From positions 5,824,001 through 5,888,000 of the forward strand of contig OZ244561.1 of NCBI GenBank assembly GCA_965217585.1: DNA of 64,000 nt. Direction: 5' to 3'. A program made the position numbers and the translations under genes. Positions 18,691-30,290 of this stretch are shown piece by piece. Within the stretch, counting starts at the first letter, position 1. Each line of letters opens with the position of its first letter. The stretch is from Candidatus Latescibacterota bacterium. GTDB lineage: Bacteria > Latescibacterota > UBA2968 > UBA8231. Below the pieces are notes generated by a model, which saw nothing but the letters and a program-made list of their open reading frames with translations, ran no database searches and was not told the DNA's origin.

Positions 18691-20274
18691 ATGCACAAGC
18701 CTAAAATCATGTTTTACCACGACGGCCGGCACCCGCTGATTTACATGTACGAGCCGCCGATGCAGAAGGAGGAGTACGAGCAGGGGGTGGACGAGCTGTT
18801 GGGCACGCCGGTCGAAGCCATCATGTTTTGCCTCGGCGATGGCCGCACCGTGCTGCACGACACGGAAGTAGGGGAGCTGTGGGGCCACAATGTGAAGCGG
18901 TGGCCGCATTTGATCTTTCGCCGTGCCCACCAAAATGCCCGCGATCTAATCCGCAAGGGGCACGACCCTCTGCGCCTGATTTGCGACCGCGCCCACCAGT
19001 ACGGCAAGCAGGTCTATCCGACGCTGTTGGTGCAGCAGGGCCGGGGGCTGCGGGAAGAGGACGTGCGCTGCTCGGACTTCCGCTTTGACAACGCCCATCT
19101 CGAAATCGGCGCCCAAGACGATGTACCCGCCGACTTTCCCGGTCACACCTGCCTCGACTTCAAGCACCAAGAAGTCCGCGACGAGCGCTTTGCCCTGATC
19201 GCCGAGACCCTAGAAAAGTATCCGGTCGATGGCTTTGAGCTGCAGATGAACTACCAGCCTTACTACTTCCATCCAGACGAGGTCGCCGCTGGCCGCGAGA
19301 TTATGACTGAGTGGGTGCGTCAGGTGCATCGCGCCGTCAAGCAGAGCGGGAAGCAACGCGAATTGGCCATCCGCATTCCCTACAGTATCGAGGGGTGCTA
19401 TGCCGTCGGCATGGATGTCGAAGCATGGTTGCGCGAAGGGCTAGTCGATGCGCTAATCGGCCAAGCGTTTTCCGGCCCTGAACTGCTGGATTCGACCGTT
19501 GATTTCCGGCCCTTGGTTGCGGCGGCCGAAGGCACGGATTGTCGGGTGCATGCGGCCTTGCAAAGCCACGTGGACTCGGATCGTCTGGGGGAGGCGACCA
19601 TTGAGATGGTGCGCGGGGCCGCATGCAACTACTGGGCGCAAGGCGTCGATGGCCTGTACTTGGCGCACTGGTTTGGGAACTGGCCGTACCAGGCCTCCTT
19701 CTACGAGAAGCTGCGAGAATTGCCCTATCCAGAGGTCATGGCCGCCCGCGACAAAATCTACTACATACCAACCGTGACCGGGCGCTACCCCAATCCCACC
19801 ACCGAGCCGGGGACGACCATGCAGCTACCGGCCTATTTGCAAAAGGGCCACAAGGCTTCCATCACCCTGGCGGTCAGCGACGATCTGCGGCGCTGGGCCA
19901 AGGTCGGCCGGATCCACGAAGTGTTGCTGCGGGTGCGGGTGATGGGTCACACCGAGCGCGACCGGCTGAAATTCTACCTCAATGGCCGGGAATTGCCCGC
20001 CAGCCTGTTGCGCAAGATCAACGAATTGTACCGGATGTCAGCCCCGCGCTATCGCACGGGATCGGGGTATTGGTATGCGTTTAAGCTGGACGCTAAACAC
20101 TGGCCGAAAAAAGGGAACAACACGCTCGCAGTCGAATTGGTGCGGCGGGACGCTCAGGCGTTGCCGGAGATTTTTGTGCGCGATGTGGAGTTAGATATCA
20201 AATACCTGATGGGGCGCAATTTTCATCGCGGTCAAGACTTGGATCTGGGGCCAAGCGAACCGTCGGGGCTGTGA
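18691..20274 (+). CDS. GHL10/DUF187-like TIM-barrel putative glycosyl hydrolase
   Basis: MFYHDG...DPLRLICDRAH...LDFKHQEVR...DGFELQ...GVDGLYL plus C-terminal beta-sandwich. Confidence 0.65.
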   Translation: MHKPKIMFYHDGRHPLIYMYEPPMQKEEYEQGVDELLGTPVEAIMFCLGDGRTVLHDTEVGELWGHNVKRWPHLIFRRAHQNARDLIRKGHDPLRLICDRAHQYGKQVYPTLLVQQGRGLREEDVRCSDFRFDNAHLEIGAQDDVPADFPGHTCLDFKHQEVRDERFALIAETLEKYPVDGFELQMNYQPYYFHPDEVAAGREIMTEWVRQVHRAVKQSGKQRELAIRIPYSIEGCYAVGMDVEAWLREGLVDALIGQAFSGPELLDSTVDFRPLVAAAEGTDCRVHAALQSHVDSDRLGEATIEMVRGAACNYWAQGVDGLYLAHWFGNWPYQASFYEKLRELPYPEVMAARDKIYYIPTVTGRYPNPTTEPGTTMQLPAYLQKGHKASITLAVSDDLRRWAKVGRIHEVLLRVRVMGHTERDRLKFYLNGRELPASLLRKINELYRMSAPRYRTGSGYWYAFKLDAKHWPKKGNNTLAVELVRRDAQALPEIFVRDVELDIKYLMGRNFHRGQDLDLGPSEPSGL

Positions 20275-20290
20275 GCCGACGGACGAAAGG

Positions 20291-22720
20291 ATGCGATTGA
20301 ACAGGTACTACAGGGCTATGCTGGCGGCGTGCGTCGCCTGCTGGTGCAGCGCGGGGCCGACGGAGGCCGGCTACATCCCGGATGTGCCCTATTTTCATCA
20401 GCAGAGCAACCGCATCAATCCTTCTGGCTCCTGCCAAAACACCTGCATCGCTATGGTCCTCAAATACTACGGAGCCGATGACATCACCCCCGACATGATC
20501 TCCGCCAAATGGGGCACGTACGTCGCCCAGACCACCGGCGGCCTCGAATCGATCTTCAACGAGGAAGCCGCGCTGCGCGGTCTCACTGTCCGCGACCAAT
20601 CGACCGAAACCGGGCTGTTGCGGGAATTGCACGCGCTGTTGGACGTTGGCCGGCCAGTAATCGTCCACGGCGGCTTTTCCTCGGTCGGGCATCTAATGGT
20701 GCTAGTCGGGTATGACGAGCGCTTTTACTACGCGATGGATCCGGCGAGCCAGTGGACCGAGCGGCTCAACGGGGGATTTATCCACACCGACGATCCGCAC
20801 ATTGGTCGCTACACGCGCTATGGCCGCGACGCGGTAGAAAACGCCATCGTCTCCCGGGGCTTCATACGCCTGCACCAGATTTATTTTGCTCCGGAGGCGC
20901 TGGCTGCCGAGTGGGAAGGGAGCTTCTCCGATTCGGTCGCTGTGGGTGCGGCGGTGGAGTTTGCTGGCGGCATTCGCATCCGCGATGTGCCAGCCGATGG
21001 CCTGCGCGTATCTGCCGACCTGAGCGCGTTGGGTGGGCCGTCGGCCCAAGTGCTGACCGAAGCCTCACTGGGGTTTTATCCTTTCGTGGAGACTTTAGTC
21101 GCCGGTGGGAGTGCAGGGCGCAAGAGCGTCGTCTTTCACATTCGCCAGGGCGAAGCCGCCGTCGAGGTCAAGCGGACCGTGGTGCTGATGCCAGCCGAGA
21201 ACCAAGTCGTCTTCGACGGAGGGTTAGGCGCTGGTTGGAACGTAGGTTTTACCACTGGTGCGGAGCTTGCAGTGGCAGCGGGGGCACCGCTGGCTGTGGA
21301 GACTCGCGGCTTCACGTTGGAATTGCTTCCCTCTGCGCCCGTGGAACCGGTCGGCTATCGCGCCCTGCGCTTTTCCTTCCACCCCGGCGATGCGACGGCT
21401 GGGTCGAGAGGGGCGTTCTCAGTGCAACTCAACGAGAATCCGCGCAAGATCGAACCGCTAATCGACGGGTTTTTCCGCGGCATTGACATGGCACGGGCCG
21501 AGTGGCAGACGGTGGAAGTGCCGCTGTGGGCCTTCGCGCCGCTGGAAGAGTCGATCGAGTCCATTCGCTTCTTCGGCAATCTGCGCGGCACCTTCTATCT
21601 CGACGAGATAGAACTGGTCAGCGCCCTGTTTCCGCCTCCGCGCCTAGTGGCCGATTGGCAGAGTGCGTTGCCGGACTCCGCGCTAGCCGGGGCCGAGTTG
21701 ATCCTGCGCGAGCGCTTGCGCGTTACCAGCCCCGTGCCCGACGGTCCCGAGCCTAGGGTCTTCGCCGATCTGAGTGCGCTGGGAGGAACTTCGGAGGTCG
21801 AGTTAGAACGGATCGGCAAGGAGTTATACCAACTAACGGGGACGCTGTATGCCGATGTACCCAATGGTCTGAAGCCGGTGCGGATCCACCTGTATCAGGA
21901 GACTCCAGATGGGCCGCTGGAGACGACGTTGGTGAAGGAGTTAGTGCTGCTGCCAGTAGCGGATCAAGTCATTTTTGCCGACCAGTACGGCGAGAACTGG
22001 ACTCAGGGGTTTACCTCCAATGTCGAGGTAGATGAACAGGTCTTTGCCGGCACTTGGGCACAGGCGCTTGTCGCCGAAGCGTTTACCCTCGAGTACAAGC
22101 CACTGGTGCCGGTGGATCCGGTAGGGTACCGCGCCCTGCGGCTGGCCTTCCACCCCGGCGATGCCGAAGGTGGCACCCGGCCTGTTTTCAACGTCATGGT
22201 CAATAGGGATACGCCGTCGCTGGTCGCGTTGTTCGCAGGGGATGGCTTGGATCTCGCGCGGAAAGAATGGCAGGTAGTAGAGATTCCGCTGAAGCGCTTC
22301 TCTCGGCTCGATGGGCCGATTGAATCCATCCGCCTGTTCGGCAACTTGCGCGGCACGTTCTACTTAGACGATGTGCGCTTGGTCGCCGCTAGGGCTTCCG
22401 CGCCCACGGCGGTGCTGCAACAGCGGCAAGCGGTAGTACCAGAGGCGTTCTCCCTAGCGCAGAACTACCCCAATCCATTTAACAGTACCACTGCGATTGG
22501 CTTTGCTCTGCCGCGAGCAGGGGCAATCCGGCTCGCAGTCTTTAACTTGCTCGGCCAGCAGGTTGCCGTCTTGGCTGAGGGAACCTATCCGGCCGGCTCA
22601 TACACCCTGCGCTGGGATGGAATAAACGACGGCGGGCGCGCACTGGCTGCGGGCCTATATTTCTATCGGCTGCAAACCCCTTGGGGTGTGCAAACGCGCA
22701 AACTGCTTTTATTAAAGTAA
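20291..22720 (+). CDS. Secreted C39-like peptidase with duplicated CBM-like modules and FlgD/T9SS-A-type CTD
   Basis: Signal peptide; VPYFHQ...SCQNTCIAM...[10 protein letters not shown]...MDP; internal repeat (GYRALR.FHPGDA...[10 protein letters not shown] x2); NYPNPFN...RKLLLLK. Confidence 0.8.
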   Translation: MRLNRYYRAMLAACVACWCSAGPTEAGYIPDVPYFHQQSNRINPSGSCQNTCIAMVLKYYGADDITPDMISAKWGTYVAQTTGGLESIFNEEAALRGLTVRDQSTETGLLRELHALLDVGRPVIVHGGFSSVGHLMVLVGYDERFYYAMDPASQWTERLNGGFIHTDDPHIGRYTRYGRDAVENAIVSRGFIRLHQIYFAPEALAAEWEGSFSDSVAVGAAVEFAGGIRIRDVPADGLRVSADLSALGGPSAQVLTEASLGFYPFVETLVAGGSAGRKSVVFHIRQGEAAVEVKRTVVLMPAENQVVFDGGLGAGWNVGFTTGAELAVAAGAPLAVETRGFTLELLPSAPVEPVGYRALRFSFHPGDATAGSRGAFSVQLNENPRKIEPLIDGFFRGIDMARAEWQTVEVPLWAFAPLEESIESIRFFGNLRGTFYLDEIELVSALFPPPRLVADWQSALPDSALAGAELILRERLRVTSPVPDGPEPRVFADLSALGGTSEVELERIGKELYQLTGTLYADVPNGLKPVRIHLYQETPDGPLETTLVKELVLLPVADQVIFADQYGENWTQGFTSNVEVDEQVFAGTWAQALVAEAFTLEYKPLVPVDPVGYRALRLAFHPGDAEGGTRPVFNVMVNRDTPSLVALFAGDGLDLARKEWQVVEIPLKRFSRLDGPIESIRLFGNLRGTFYLDDVRLVAARASAPTAVLQQRQAVVPEAFSLAQNYPNPFNSTTAIGFALPRAGAIRLAVFNLLGQQVAVLAEGTYPAGSYTLRWDGINDGGRALAAGLYFYRLQTPWGVQTRKLLLLK

Positions 22721-22755
22721 AGCTGCCATCCCACCATAAAACCGAAAGGAACCAC

Positions 22756-24474
22756 ATGCCCAAAGGCATTCGCAACTTCGCCATCTTTGCCATCGCCCTG
22801 CTCGCGTCTTGGATCATAGGCGTCAATGTGTCGCCGACGTGGACGGTCGAAAAGGTCGAGTTAGACGTGAAAACGGACAGCGACGGCAAGCTATACTACG
22901 TCTACCGCGAAAAGCCGGCCTACTTCGAGGCCGTGCCTATGGCACAAGCCCAACTCGACCCGGCTAAGATTCACGGGTCGCGGACGGCACCTCCGGTCAG
23001 CGAAGAATTTGTCGCGGTGGCGGAGAGCGGCCGCTACTACAAACTGGTGGCCAAGCGCCACTGGAGCTATTGGTCGCTGTTGCCGGCGGTGGTGGCTGTG
23101 ATGTTGTGTTGGCTGACCAAGGAACCGGTGACCTCGTTGTTGGGCGGCATCCTCGCCGGCGCTCTCCTGATGGGCCGCTACGACTTCACTGGCGAGGTGC
23201 TGATCCCCTCATTGGCAACCAAAAGCTCAGCCGGAATCCTGCTGCTCTACTTGTGGCTGTTGGGCGGGTTGATGGGGGTATGGTCGCGCACGGGCGCGGC
23301 CCAGGCCTTTGCCGAGTTTATGACCGTGCGCTTTGTGCGCGGCCCCCGAAGTGCCAAGCTGGTCGCCTGGCTGCTCGGGGTCGTCTTCTTCCAGGGCGGC
23401 ACCGTCAGCACGGTGCTGGTCGGCACCACGGTCAAACCCATTGCCGACAGCGAAAAAATTAGCCACGAAGAGCTGGCGTACGTGGTGGATTCAACGGCCT
23501 CGCCGATTGCCTCCCAGCTCGCGTTCAATGCTTGGCCCGGCTATGTGCAGGCGTTCATTTTCGTCTCCGGCGTCAGCTTTTTAGCCACGGAAACCGATCG
23601 CATTGCCTTCTTTTTTAAAAGCGTGCCCTTTTGCTTTTACGCCATTTTTGCCGTCTTGGGCACGCTCCTCCTCAGCATTGAAAAACCGCTCTTTTTGGGT
23701 GCGCAAATGAAGGCGGCGATCCAGCGCGCGCGCACGACCGGCCAGCTCGACGCCCCAGGTGCCGATCCCTTGAGTGCCAAGGAGCTGCAAGGGAGCAACG
23801 TGCCCGAAGGCTACACTCCGCACGTCCTCGAATTCTTCTTGCCGCTGGGCACGCTTATCGCCATTGCCGTCGGCACCTTTATCGTCGGTGGAGCGCCCAA
23901 TGTGCAGTGGGCCTTTGGCATTGCGCTCCTGTTGGCCGCGGGCATGGCCTTGGCCAAGGGCATGGCGCTCAAAGACCTCATCGCTGGCGTTCACGATGGC
24001 TTTAAGGGGGTGGTGCTCGGCTCGGTGATTTTGCTGCTGGCGATCACCATCGGCGGCATTAGCAAGGAGACGGGCGGCAGCATCTTTTTGGTCGAACAGC
24101 TCGGCGAGGCCATTCCGTATTTCCTCCTGCCGGTGTTGCTCCAGCTTCTCACCATGGTCATCGCCTTTTCCACTGGCACGAGTTGGGGCACGTATGCGGT
24201 GGCCTTCCCGCTGGCCATGCCGCTTGCTTGGGCGGTGGCTGGTGCTAACGGCCTAGCGCATCCAGAGCTTTTTATGACGTTGTGTTTTGCCGCGGTCATG
24301 GATGGTAGCGTGTACGGCGACCAGTGCTCGCCGATTTCGGATACTACCGTGCTTAGTTCCATGTGTACGGGTTGCGACCTGATGGATCACGTCAAGACGC
24401 AAATCCCGCAGGCGTCGATCGCGGCGGGCTTGGCGGCTTTGTGCTGGACCCTCGTGGCGTTCTTCACCGCCTAA
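22756..24474 (+). CDS. NhaC-family Na+/H+ antiporter / ion transporter
   Basis: [43 protein letters not shown]. Confidence 0.88.
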   Translation: MPKGIRNFAIFAIALLASWIIGVNVSPTWTVEKVELDVKTDSDGKLYYVYREKPAYFEAVPMAQAQLDPAKIHGSRTAPPVSEEFVAVAESGRYYKLVAKRHWSYWSLLPAVVAVMLCWLTKEPVTSLLGGILAGALLMGRYDFTGEVLIPSLATKSSAGILLLYLWLLGGLMGVWSRTGAAQAFAEFMTVRFVRGPRSAKLVAWLLGVVFFQGGTVSTVLVGTTVKPIADSEKISHEELAYVVDSTASPIASQLAFNAWPGYVQAFIFVSGVSFLATETDRIAFFFKSVPFCFYAIFAVLGTLLLSIEKPLFLGAQMKAAIQRARTTGQLDAPGADPLSAKELQGSNVPEGYTPHVLEFFLPLGTLIAIAVGTFIVGGAPNVQWAFGIALLLAAGMALAKGMALKDLIAGVHDGFKGVVLGSVILLLAITIGGISKETGGSIFLVEQLGEAIPYFLLPVLLQLLTMVIAFSTGTSWGTYAVAFPLAMPLAWAVAGANGLAHPELFMTLCFAAVMDGSVYGDQCSPISDTTVLSSMCTGCDLMDHVKTQIPQASIAAGLAALCWTLVAFFTA

Positions 24475-24490
24475 GAAAAGGGATTACTAC

Positions 24491-25468
24491 ATGATTCCAG
24501 GCGTCTCTGCTCGTCGAAGGTTTGCCGATCTTTCCGAACGGGAAATCCTCGCCCTCGCCATTTCGTCTGAGGAAGACGATGGTCGCATCTATCTGACCTA
24601 CGCGGAAAGTCTGCGCACGGACTATCCGCGGTCGGCCGAGATGTTCGAGACCATGGCCGCGGAAGAAGACGAGCATCGCCGTCGCTTGATCGAAGAGTAC
24701 CGCCGTCGCTTTGGCGATTTCATTCCGCTGATTCGCCGGGAGCACGTCGCCGGCTGGTACAACCGACGGCCGGTGTGGTTGGTGGAAAGCCTCGGTCTGG
24801 ACCGGATTCGTCAGGAGGCGTCCAAAATGGAGGGCGATGCACAGCGCTTCTATTTAAGGGCAGCCCAGCAAACCTCTGACGCGGGAACGCGCCAGCTACT
24901 GGGCGATCTGGCCGCAGTGGAGGCCGGCCATCAGAAAACCGCCAATCAGCTGGAAGAAGATCTACTATCCAACGATGTGCGGTCGGAGGAGGATGCGACG
25001 GCACATCGCCAGTTCATCCTCACCTGGATACAGCCGGGTCTCGCCGGCTTGATGGACGGCTCCGTGTCCACCTTGGCCCCGATCTTTGCCACGGCCTTTG
25101 CCACTCAGGACACTTGGACGACCTTTGTCGTCGGTCTTGCTGCAGCGGTGGGTGCCGGCATTTCAATGGGCTTCACGGAAGCGGCTTCCGACGACGGCGA
25201 GTTGTCCGGCCGTGGTTCTCCGTTCAAGCGCGGCTTGGCATCCGGGTTTATGACCGCGGTCGGCGGCTTGGGCCACGCTTTGCCCTACCTCATCCCGCAC
25301 TTTGGTACGGCGACTGCGCTCGCCATTGCGATTGTGTTCGTCGAACTGTGGGCTATCGCTTGGATTCAAAACCGCTTCATGGAAACCCCGTTCTGGCGGG
25401 CGTCGATGCAGGTGGTGCTCGGTGGGGCCTTGGTGTTTGCCGCGGGGGTGCTCATCGGCGGCCTCTAG
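24491..25468 (+). CDS. mbfA: Iron exporter MbfA (rubrerythrin-like + VIT1/CCC1)
   Basis: LSEREILALAISSEEDD, EDEHRRRL, QPGLAGLMDGSVSTLAP. Confidence 0.9.
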   Translation: MIPGVSARRRFADLSEREILALAISSEEDDGRIYLTYAESLRTDYPRSAEMFETMAAEEDEHRRRLIEEYRRRFGDFIPLIRREHVAGWYNRRPVWLVESLGLDRIRQEASKMEGDAQRFYLRAAQQTSDAGTRQLLGDLAAVEAGHQKTANQLEEDLLSNDVRSEEDATAHRQFILTWIQPGLAGLMDGSVSTLAPIFATAFATQDTWTTFVVGLAAAVGAGISMGFTEAASDDGELSGRGSPFKRGLASGFMTAVGGLGHALPYLIPHFGTATALAIAIVFVELWAIAWIQNRFMETPFWRASMQVVLGGALVFAAGVLIGGL

Positions 25469-25648
25469 GTTTGTGTCGCCATTGTAGTGCGGGCTGCGAC
25501 GAGTTGATCGATGATGGCAAAACATTTAGCGATGTAGTCCAACCCGCTCGAAAGGCCGACGGCATCTTTTGGTCTCTGACAAAACTCCGTACTATTTTAA
25601 GAAATACGTATCAATTTAGTATTCTTCTCTAGTTTGGGAGCCTGCGCT

Positions 25649-26656
25649 ATGCCTACTTTTCTCGACTCGACCCCTATCATCGACGACCCGCCCGCGCTCC
25701 GCGCCCGCATGCAGCGCGACGGCCATCTCTTTGTCCGCGGCTTGCTGCCCGCCGACGAACTCGAAGCGCTCAGGCTGAGCTTTTTGGCTATTGTCCGCGA
25801 CGCCGGCTGGGTCCAGGCCGACACGCCGCTCGAGGACGCCATTGCCGACCAAGACGGCTTCTGCGTTGAGCCGACGCCCGAGTATATGGACGTCTATAGC
25901 CGGATGTACGCGCTGCCGCAATTCCACGCCTTGCAGCACCACCCCGCGCTCGTCGGCCTGCTCGAAAAACTGCTCGACGGCCCGGTGTTGCCCCACCCCC
26001 GCCTCATCGGCCGCACCATCTTTCCCAAGCGCGAATCCTTTACCACGCCGCCGCATCAGGACTTCATCCCCATTCAGGGCACAGCCGAAACCTATACAGC
26101 TTGGTTCCCGCTCCACGATTTGCCGCCGACTATGGGTGGGCTGGAGGTGGCCGCTGGTGCGCATCGGGGGGGCGTGTATGAGTTCCAGCCGGCCCTAGGC
26201 GCTGGGGGATTGGCGATTACCGACTCGCTTGAAGGCGCTTGGACCGGCGGCCCTTTCGCGCAAGGGGATGTGCTCTTCTTCCACAGCATGATGCCCCATC
26301 GCGGCGTCCCCAACACCGGCGAGCAACTGCGCCTGTCCATCGACGCCCGCTATCAGCGCGTTGCCGACCCCATCGCCCCAGGTAGCCTGCTGCCGCACAG
26401 CCAGCCCAACACCTGGAAGGCTATCTACGCCGAGTGGCCCGACGACCACTTGCAATACTACTGGCGCGAGCACGAACTGGACGTGGTTGACTACGACGAC
26501 AGCTATCACGAGGAACGCGACCGCCAGGCCCTGGAGCTGGGCGAGCAAGGCGATCCGCTCTCCGTCTCAGTTCTCCAGCGCATCGTCGCCCGCGACAGGG
26601 ACCCCGACAAGCGCCAGCGGGCTGCCGACCTCCTCGCGGCCATCGAGAAAAAATAG
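25649..26656 (+). CDS. Phytanoyl-CoA dioxygenase (PhyH) family
   Basis: TPPHQD, GDVLFFHSMMPH, RLSIDARYQ. Confidence 0.88.
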   Translation: MPTFLDSTPIIDDPPALRARMQRDGHLFVRGLLPADELEALRLSFLAIVRDAGWVQADTPLEDAIADQDGFCVEPTPEYMDVYSRMYALPQFHALQHHPALVGLLEKLLDGPVLPHPRLIGRTIFPKRESFTTPPHQDFIPIQGTAETYTAWFPLHDLPPTMGGLEVAAGAHRGGVYEFQPALGAGGLAITDSLEGAWTGGPFAQGDVLFFHSMMPHRGVPNTGEQLRLSIDARYQRVADPIAPGSLLPHSQPNTWKAIYAEWPDDHLQYYWREHELDVVDYDDSYHEERDRQALELGEQGDPLSVSVLQRIVARDRDPDKRQRAADLLAAIEKK

Positions 26657-26690
26657 CGCTTGATTTGGGGAGATTCTTTAGGAAGTATCG

Positions 26691-26727
26691 CAAGAGCCGG
26701 CGGCCAGACCGTCGGCTCTTGTTGTTT
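26691..26727 (+). terminator. Probable intrinsic terminator
   Basis: CAAGAGCCGGCGG-CCAGA-CCGTCGGCTCTTG followed by TTGTTT. Confidence 0.6.
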
Positions 26728-26846
26728 GATGCCGTCTGTGAGCAGCATCTTGTAAATTGAGTACTTAGGGGCCTAATTTTTTGTCGCAGCAGAAGTAACA
26801 CCTCGCACCGTTATAGGTGTTTAAGTAGTACACCGCCAGGGAATAC

Positions 26847-27320
26847 ATGGACGTAGATACACTGTACCGTCGCTACGGGCCGATGGTCATGCGTCGTTGT
26901 CGGCAATTACTGCGCGACGAAGACCAGGCGCTCGACGCCACTCAGGATGTGTTTGTGCGGCTATTGACGCGGCGCGACCGTCTGCGGGACGACGCGCCCT
27001 CCAGTCTGCTCTATCGCATGGCCACTAACCTCTGCCTCAATCGCATCCGCGATACCCGGCGGCGGAAGACCACGGCCGACTCGACGCTGCTGGAGCAGAT
27101 AGCCTGCTTGGAGGACGCCGAGGGCCAGATAGATGCACGCGCCGTGCTGGCCAAGCTCTTTGGCCAACAGCTTGAGTCAACGCGCACGATGGCCGTTTTG
27201 TACTACGTTGACGGCATGACCTTGGAGGAGGTAGCTAGGGAAGTGGGCATGTCCATATCCGGTGTGCGTAAGCGGTTGCTCGGCCTGCGAGCGTCGCTGC
27301 AAGAGATGGAGAAGCTATGA
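26847..27320 (+). CDS. ECF sigma-70 factor
   Basis: ALDATQDVF, LLYRMATNLCLN, region 4 GMTLEEVAREVG. Confidence 0.9.
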   Translation: MDVDTLYRRYGPMVMRRCRQLLRDEDQALDATQDVFVRLLTRRDRLRDDAPSSLLYRMATNLCLNRIRDTRRRKTTADSTLLEQIACLEDAEGQIDARAVLAKLFGQQLESTRTMAVLYYVDGMTLEEVAREVGMSISGVRKRLLGLRASLQEMEKL

Positions 27321-28078
27321 ACCAGCAAGACAAGCGCCCCATAAGCGACTACCAGCTAGAGCGCTACCTGTTGCGCGAGGGTACCGACGACGAATTGGCG
27401 GCTTTGGAACGCCAGTTGGCAGTCGACCCAAAGCTCGCGCAGCGGCTAGCGGCCCTAGAGCGTTCCAACGAGGAATTGCATCGGCGCTATCCACCCGAAT
27501 GGATGCGCGGCCAGATCGAACTAAAACTCAAGCGGGCGCAGGGCCGGCGCGTCCAACGAACGTGGAGTGGGTATCGCCTTTGGGCCGTGCCGGCCGTGGC
27601 CCTGATCCTGGCGGTGGTGGCGGTGCCCACTCTCCTTGACGAAGAAACCTCGGAAGCACCCGCGCTGCGGATCAAGGGCGGCGAACAGGAGCCGAGTTTG
27701 CTGATTTTCCGCAAACTGGCCAGCGGTGCGGAGCGTCTGCAAGACGGAGCCTTGGCCCAAAGCGGGGATTTGGTGCAGCTCGCCTACCGCTCGGGTGGCT
27801 TGCAGTACGGGGCGATCCTGTCCGTCGATGGGCGCGGTACCGTAACTCAACACCTGCCCGCGACTGGAGCAGAAGCCGTGCCGCTGGCGGCGCAGGATAC
27901 TCTCGACGTTGCCTACGAACTGGACGACGCGCCGCGGTGGGAGCGGTTTTATCTGGTGGCGGCCGACCGTCGCTTTGGCCTAGCAGCGGTCAAGGCCAAG
28001 CTGGCCGCCGACGATGTGGCGTTGGGGGATGATATCCGCCTGTACCGATTTACCATAAAGAAACCTAGGGAGCCCTAG
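27317..28078 (+). CDS. Putative transmembrane anti-sigma factor (ActD-like / DUF4384-like)
   Basis: LERYLLRE N-terminus, one TM helix, RIKG motif, GDLVQLAY...SVDGRG...LDDAP; ATGA overlap with the sigma gene. Confidence 0.72.
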   Translation: MNQQDKRPISDYQLERYLLREGTDDELAALERQLAVDPKLAQRLAALERSNEELHRRYPPEWMRGQIELKLKRAQGRRVQRTWSGYRLWAVPAVALILAVVAVPTLLDEETSEAPALRIKGGEQEPSLLIFRKLASGAERLQDGALAQSGDLVQLAYRSGGLQYGAILSVDGRGTVTQHLPATGAEAVPLAAQDTLDVAYELDDAPRWERFYLVAADRRFGLAAVKAKLAADDVALGDDIRLYRFTIKKPREP

Positions 28079-28085
28079 CCCCGCC

Positions 28086-28186
28086 TAGGGCAACCACGAG
28101 AGTTGCCCCTACAATGGCGGTTAGCAACCAACGACGATGAGTGGGCGTCGTATTGCCGTTGTAGGGGCGACCTTGTGGTCGCCCTA
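28086..28186. repeat. GTAG-type REP doublet (REPIN-like)
   Basis: GGGCAACCACGAGAGTTGCCCCTAC and inverted GTAGGGGCGACCTTGTGGTCGCCC. Confidence 0.8.
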
Positions 28187-28208
28187 TCGTCTCTGAGGAG
28201 TTGTATCC

Positions 28209-30281
28209 ATGTCTTTGGTGCGCGCCTTGTTGATTGTTGTCGCTGCGGTGGGTCTGTCCCAGCCGGTGGAGGCCGAGGTGCGTCGATTGATCCTGGCTGC
28301 GGGGGCCAACAACGGCGGGGTGGATCGCGAACTGCTGCGCTATGCGGTCTCGGACGCGGAACACTTCGTCGAGGTGTTGCAGGAGATGGGGGGCCTGGAC
28401 CCAGCCGATGTATTGCTGTTGCGCGATCCCGACCTAGCCGCCTTCGAGCAGGGGCTGGCCGATCTAGGTCGGCGGGTAAAGGCAGCCAGCCGGCGGGGGG
28501 ACCGCTTAGAGGTGCTGCTGTACTACTCGGGCCACGCCGACGAAGAGGGTTTGCTGTTGGCCGGAGATCACCTTGGCTATCAGCAGTTGCTCGACTCGCT
28601 GAAGACGGCCGAGGTCGCCGTCCGCATCGCCGTCCTCGACGCCTGCAACTCCGGGACCATAACCCGCATCAAGGGGGGCAAGCCGCAGCCGCCCTTTTTG
28701 ATCGATGAGTCCTTCGACATGCGCGGGTACGCCTTCCTCACGTCGAGTTCGGCCGACGAAACGGCGCAGGAGTCGGATCTGATCGAGGCGTCCTTTTTTA
28801 CCCACTATCTAGTTTCCGGGATGCGCGGCGCAGCCGACGTTACCGGCGATGGCCGGGTGACCCTCCACGAGGCGTACCAGTTCGCATTCGATGAGACACG
28901 GGCGCGGACTCTTGGCACCGCCGGGGGCACTCAGCATCCAGCCTATGAGGGCCAGATGCGCGGCACCGGCGGCGTGGTGATGACCGAGGTGCGCCGCAAC
29001 GCTGCGGGCCTGTCGCTGGACGAGACCCTCGCCGGTCGGATCTCTATCCGCAATGCCCAGCAGCGCCTAGTCGCCGAACTGAACAAATCCCCCGGGCGGG
29101 AGGTCGAGCTGGGATTGGTGCCAGGGAGCTATACCCTGTTCTTCGAAACGTGGGACGCGGACTGGTATTTGGCCGAATTGGCCCTGACCGAAGGGGAGTT
29201 CGCCGAGGTGAGTACCGGCGACTTCCGCGTCCTGACCCCAGAGGATACTAAGCGGCGCGGCGGCTCGGGGCGGAGGATTACCTTGGGACGCCAAATCGAG
29301 GTTGCCACCAGCGAGGGCTATACCCTGTCGCTGGGGCTGTTGACCAATACGCAGGACGAGGCGTTCCGCGGCGTCCAGTTCGCTTGGCTGGTCAATCAGG
29401 CGCGCGAGCGGACGGGCAATCAGATCGGCGGGTTGGGCAACTTGGCGCTCAAAGAAGTCGATGGCTGGCAGGCATCCGTCGTAGGCGTCAACTGGGCGAT
29501 GGGGCCGTTGCAGGGTGGACAAGTGGGCTTGATTAATATCGCCTCGCAGGTGCGTGGCTGGCAGGTGGCGCAAACGACCAACGTCGTCGGCAAGATTCGC
29601 GGTTGGCAAGTGGCCGGAGTTACCAATTTCGTCGGCGAGGTCAAGGGCGGTCAGATCGGATTATTGAACGTGGCGAGCGAGGTCAAGGGCTGGCAGGTGG
29701 GCTTGGTCAACCTTTCCGGCCACATCGAGGGCGGCCTGCCCATCGGGTTGATCAACTACTCGCACAGCGGGCTTTTCAACCTCAGCACTTGGCGCGACGA
29801 AGTCGGCTTTACCATGTTCACCCTCGCCTCGGGCAGCCGCTCGTTTTACACCGCTTTTACCACTGGCTTTGCCGACCAAGACGGCCAGCGGCGCTGGGCA
29901 CTGGGCGTGGGAGGTGGGGTGCAGAAGCGCGGGCGGCGGTTTTTCTTGGGCCTCGATGTACATAGCTATCGGATCAGTCGCGCCCTCGATGACGATTACA
30001 AAGCGGGCATTGGGTTTTGGCCACCCTCAGTGGACTTTGGCCTAGACCGATTGGCCCGAGACAACTACTTGGCGCGGATCAAACTTGAGACAGGGATGGT
30101 TCTTGCCGAGGAAATCACTTGGCTCGGTCATCTGTCGCTGTTTGGCGGCGTCTCCTTGAACCAGTTGTGGACCGATGGCCATCTGCGGCTGATCGAGTCG
30201 GATAGCCGCTATGAGAAGGAGTGGGAGGATGGGCTTTTCGCGTGGCCGGGTTTTTTCTTTGGCCTGCGCTACGGGCGTTAG
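28209..30281 (+). CDS. Secreted caspase-family (peptidase C14) protein with GxQxxxxN repeats
   Basis: Signal peptide; YYSGHAD and LDACNSG catalytic dyad; about 9 G(W/G)Q(V/I)GLxN repeats; aromatic beta-strand C-terminus. Confidence 0.85.
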   Translation: MSLVRALLIVVAAVGLSQPVEAEVRRLILAAGANNGGVDRELLRYAVSDAEHFVEVLQEMGGLDPADVLLLRDPDLAAFEQGLADLGRRVKAASRRGDRLEVLLYYSGHADEEGLLLAGDHLGYQQLLDSLKTAEVAVRIAVLDACNSGTITRIKGGKPQPPFLIDESFDMRGYAFLTSSSADETAQESDLIEASFFTHYLVSGMRGAADVTGDGRVTLHEAYQFAFDETRARTLGTAGGTQHPAYEGQMRGTGGVVMTEVRRNAAGLSLDETLAGRISIRNAQQRLVAELNKSPGREVELGLVPGSYTLFFETWDADWYLAELALTEGEFAEVSTGDFRVLTPEDTKRRGGSGRRITLGRQIEVATSEGYTLSLGLLTNTQDEAFRGVQFAWLVNQARERTGNQIGGLGNLALKEVDGWQASVVGVNWAMGPLQGGQVGLINIASQVRGWQVAQTTNVVGKIRGWQVAGVTNFVGEVKGGQIGLLNVASEVKGWQVGLVNLSGHIEGGLPIGLINYSHSGLFNLSTWRDEVGFTMFTLASGSRSFYTAFTTGFADQDGQRRWALGVGGGVQKRGRRFFLGLDVHSYRISRALDDDYKAGIGFWPPSVDFGLDRLARDNYLARIKLETGMVLAEEITWLGHLSLFGGVSLNQLWTDGHLRLIESDSRYEKEWEDGLFAWPGFFFGLRYGR

Positions 30282-30290
30282 GGGAGCATC

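Noticed and set aside
29380-29760. Short tandem DNA repeats in the caspase gene
   Set aside because: They are coding GxQxxxxN repeats, not a separate element
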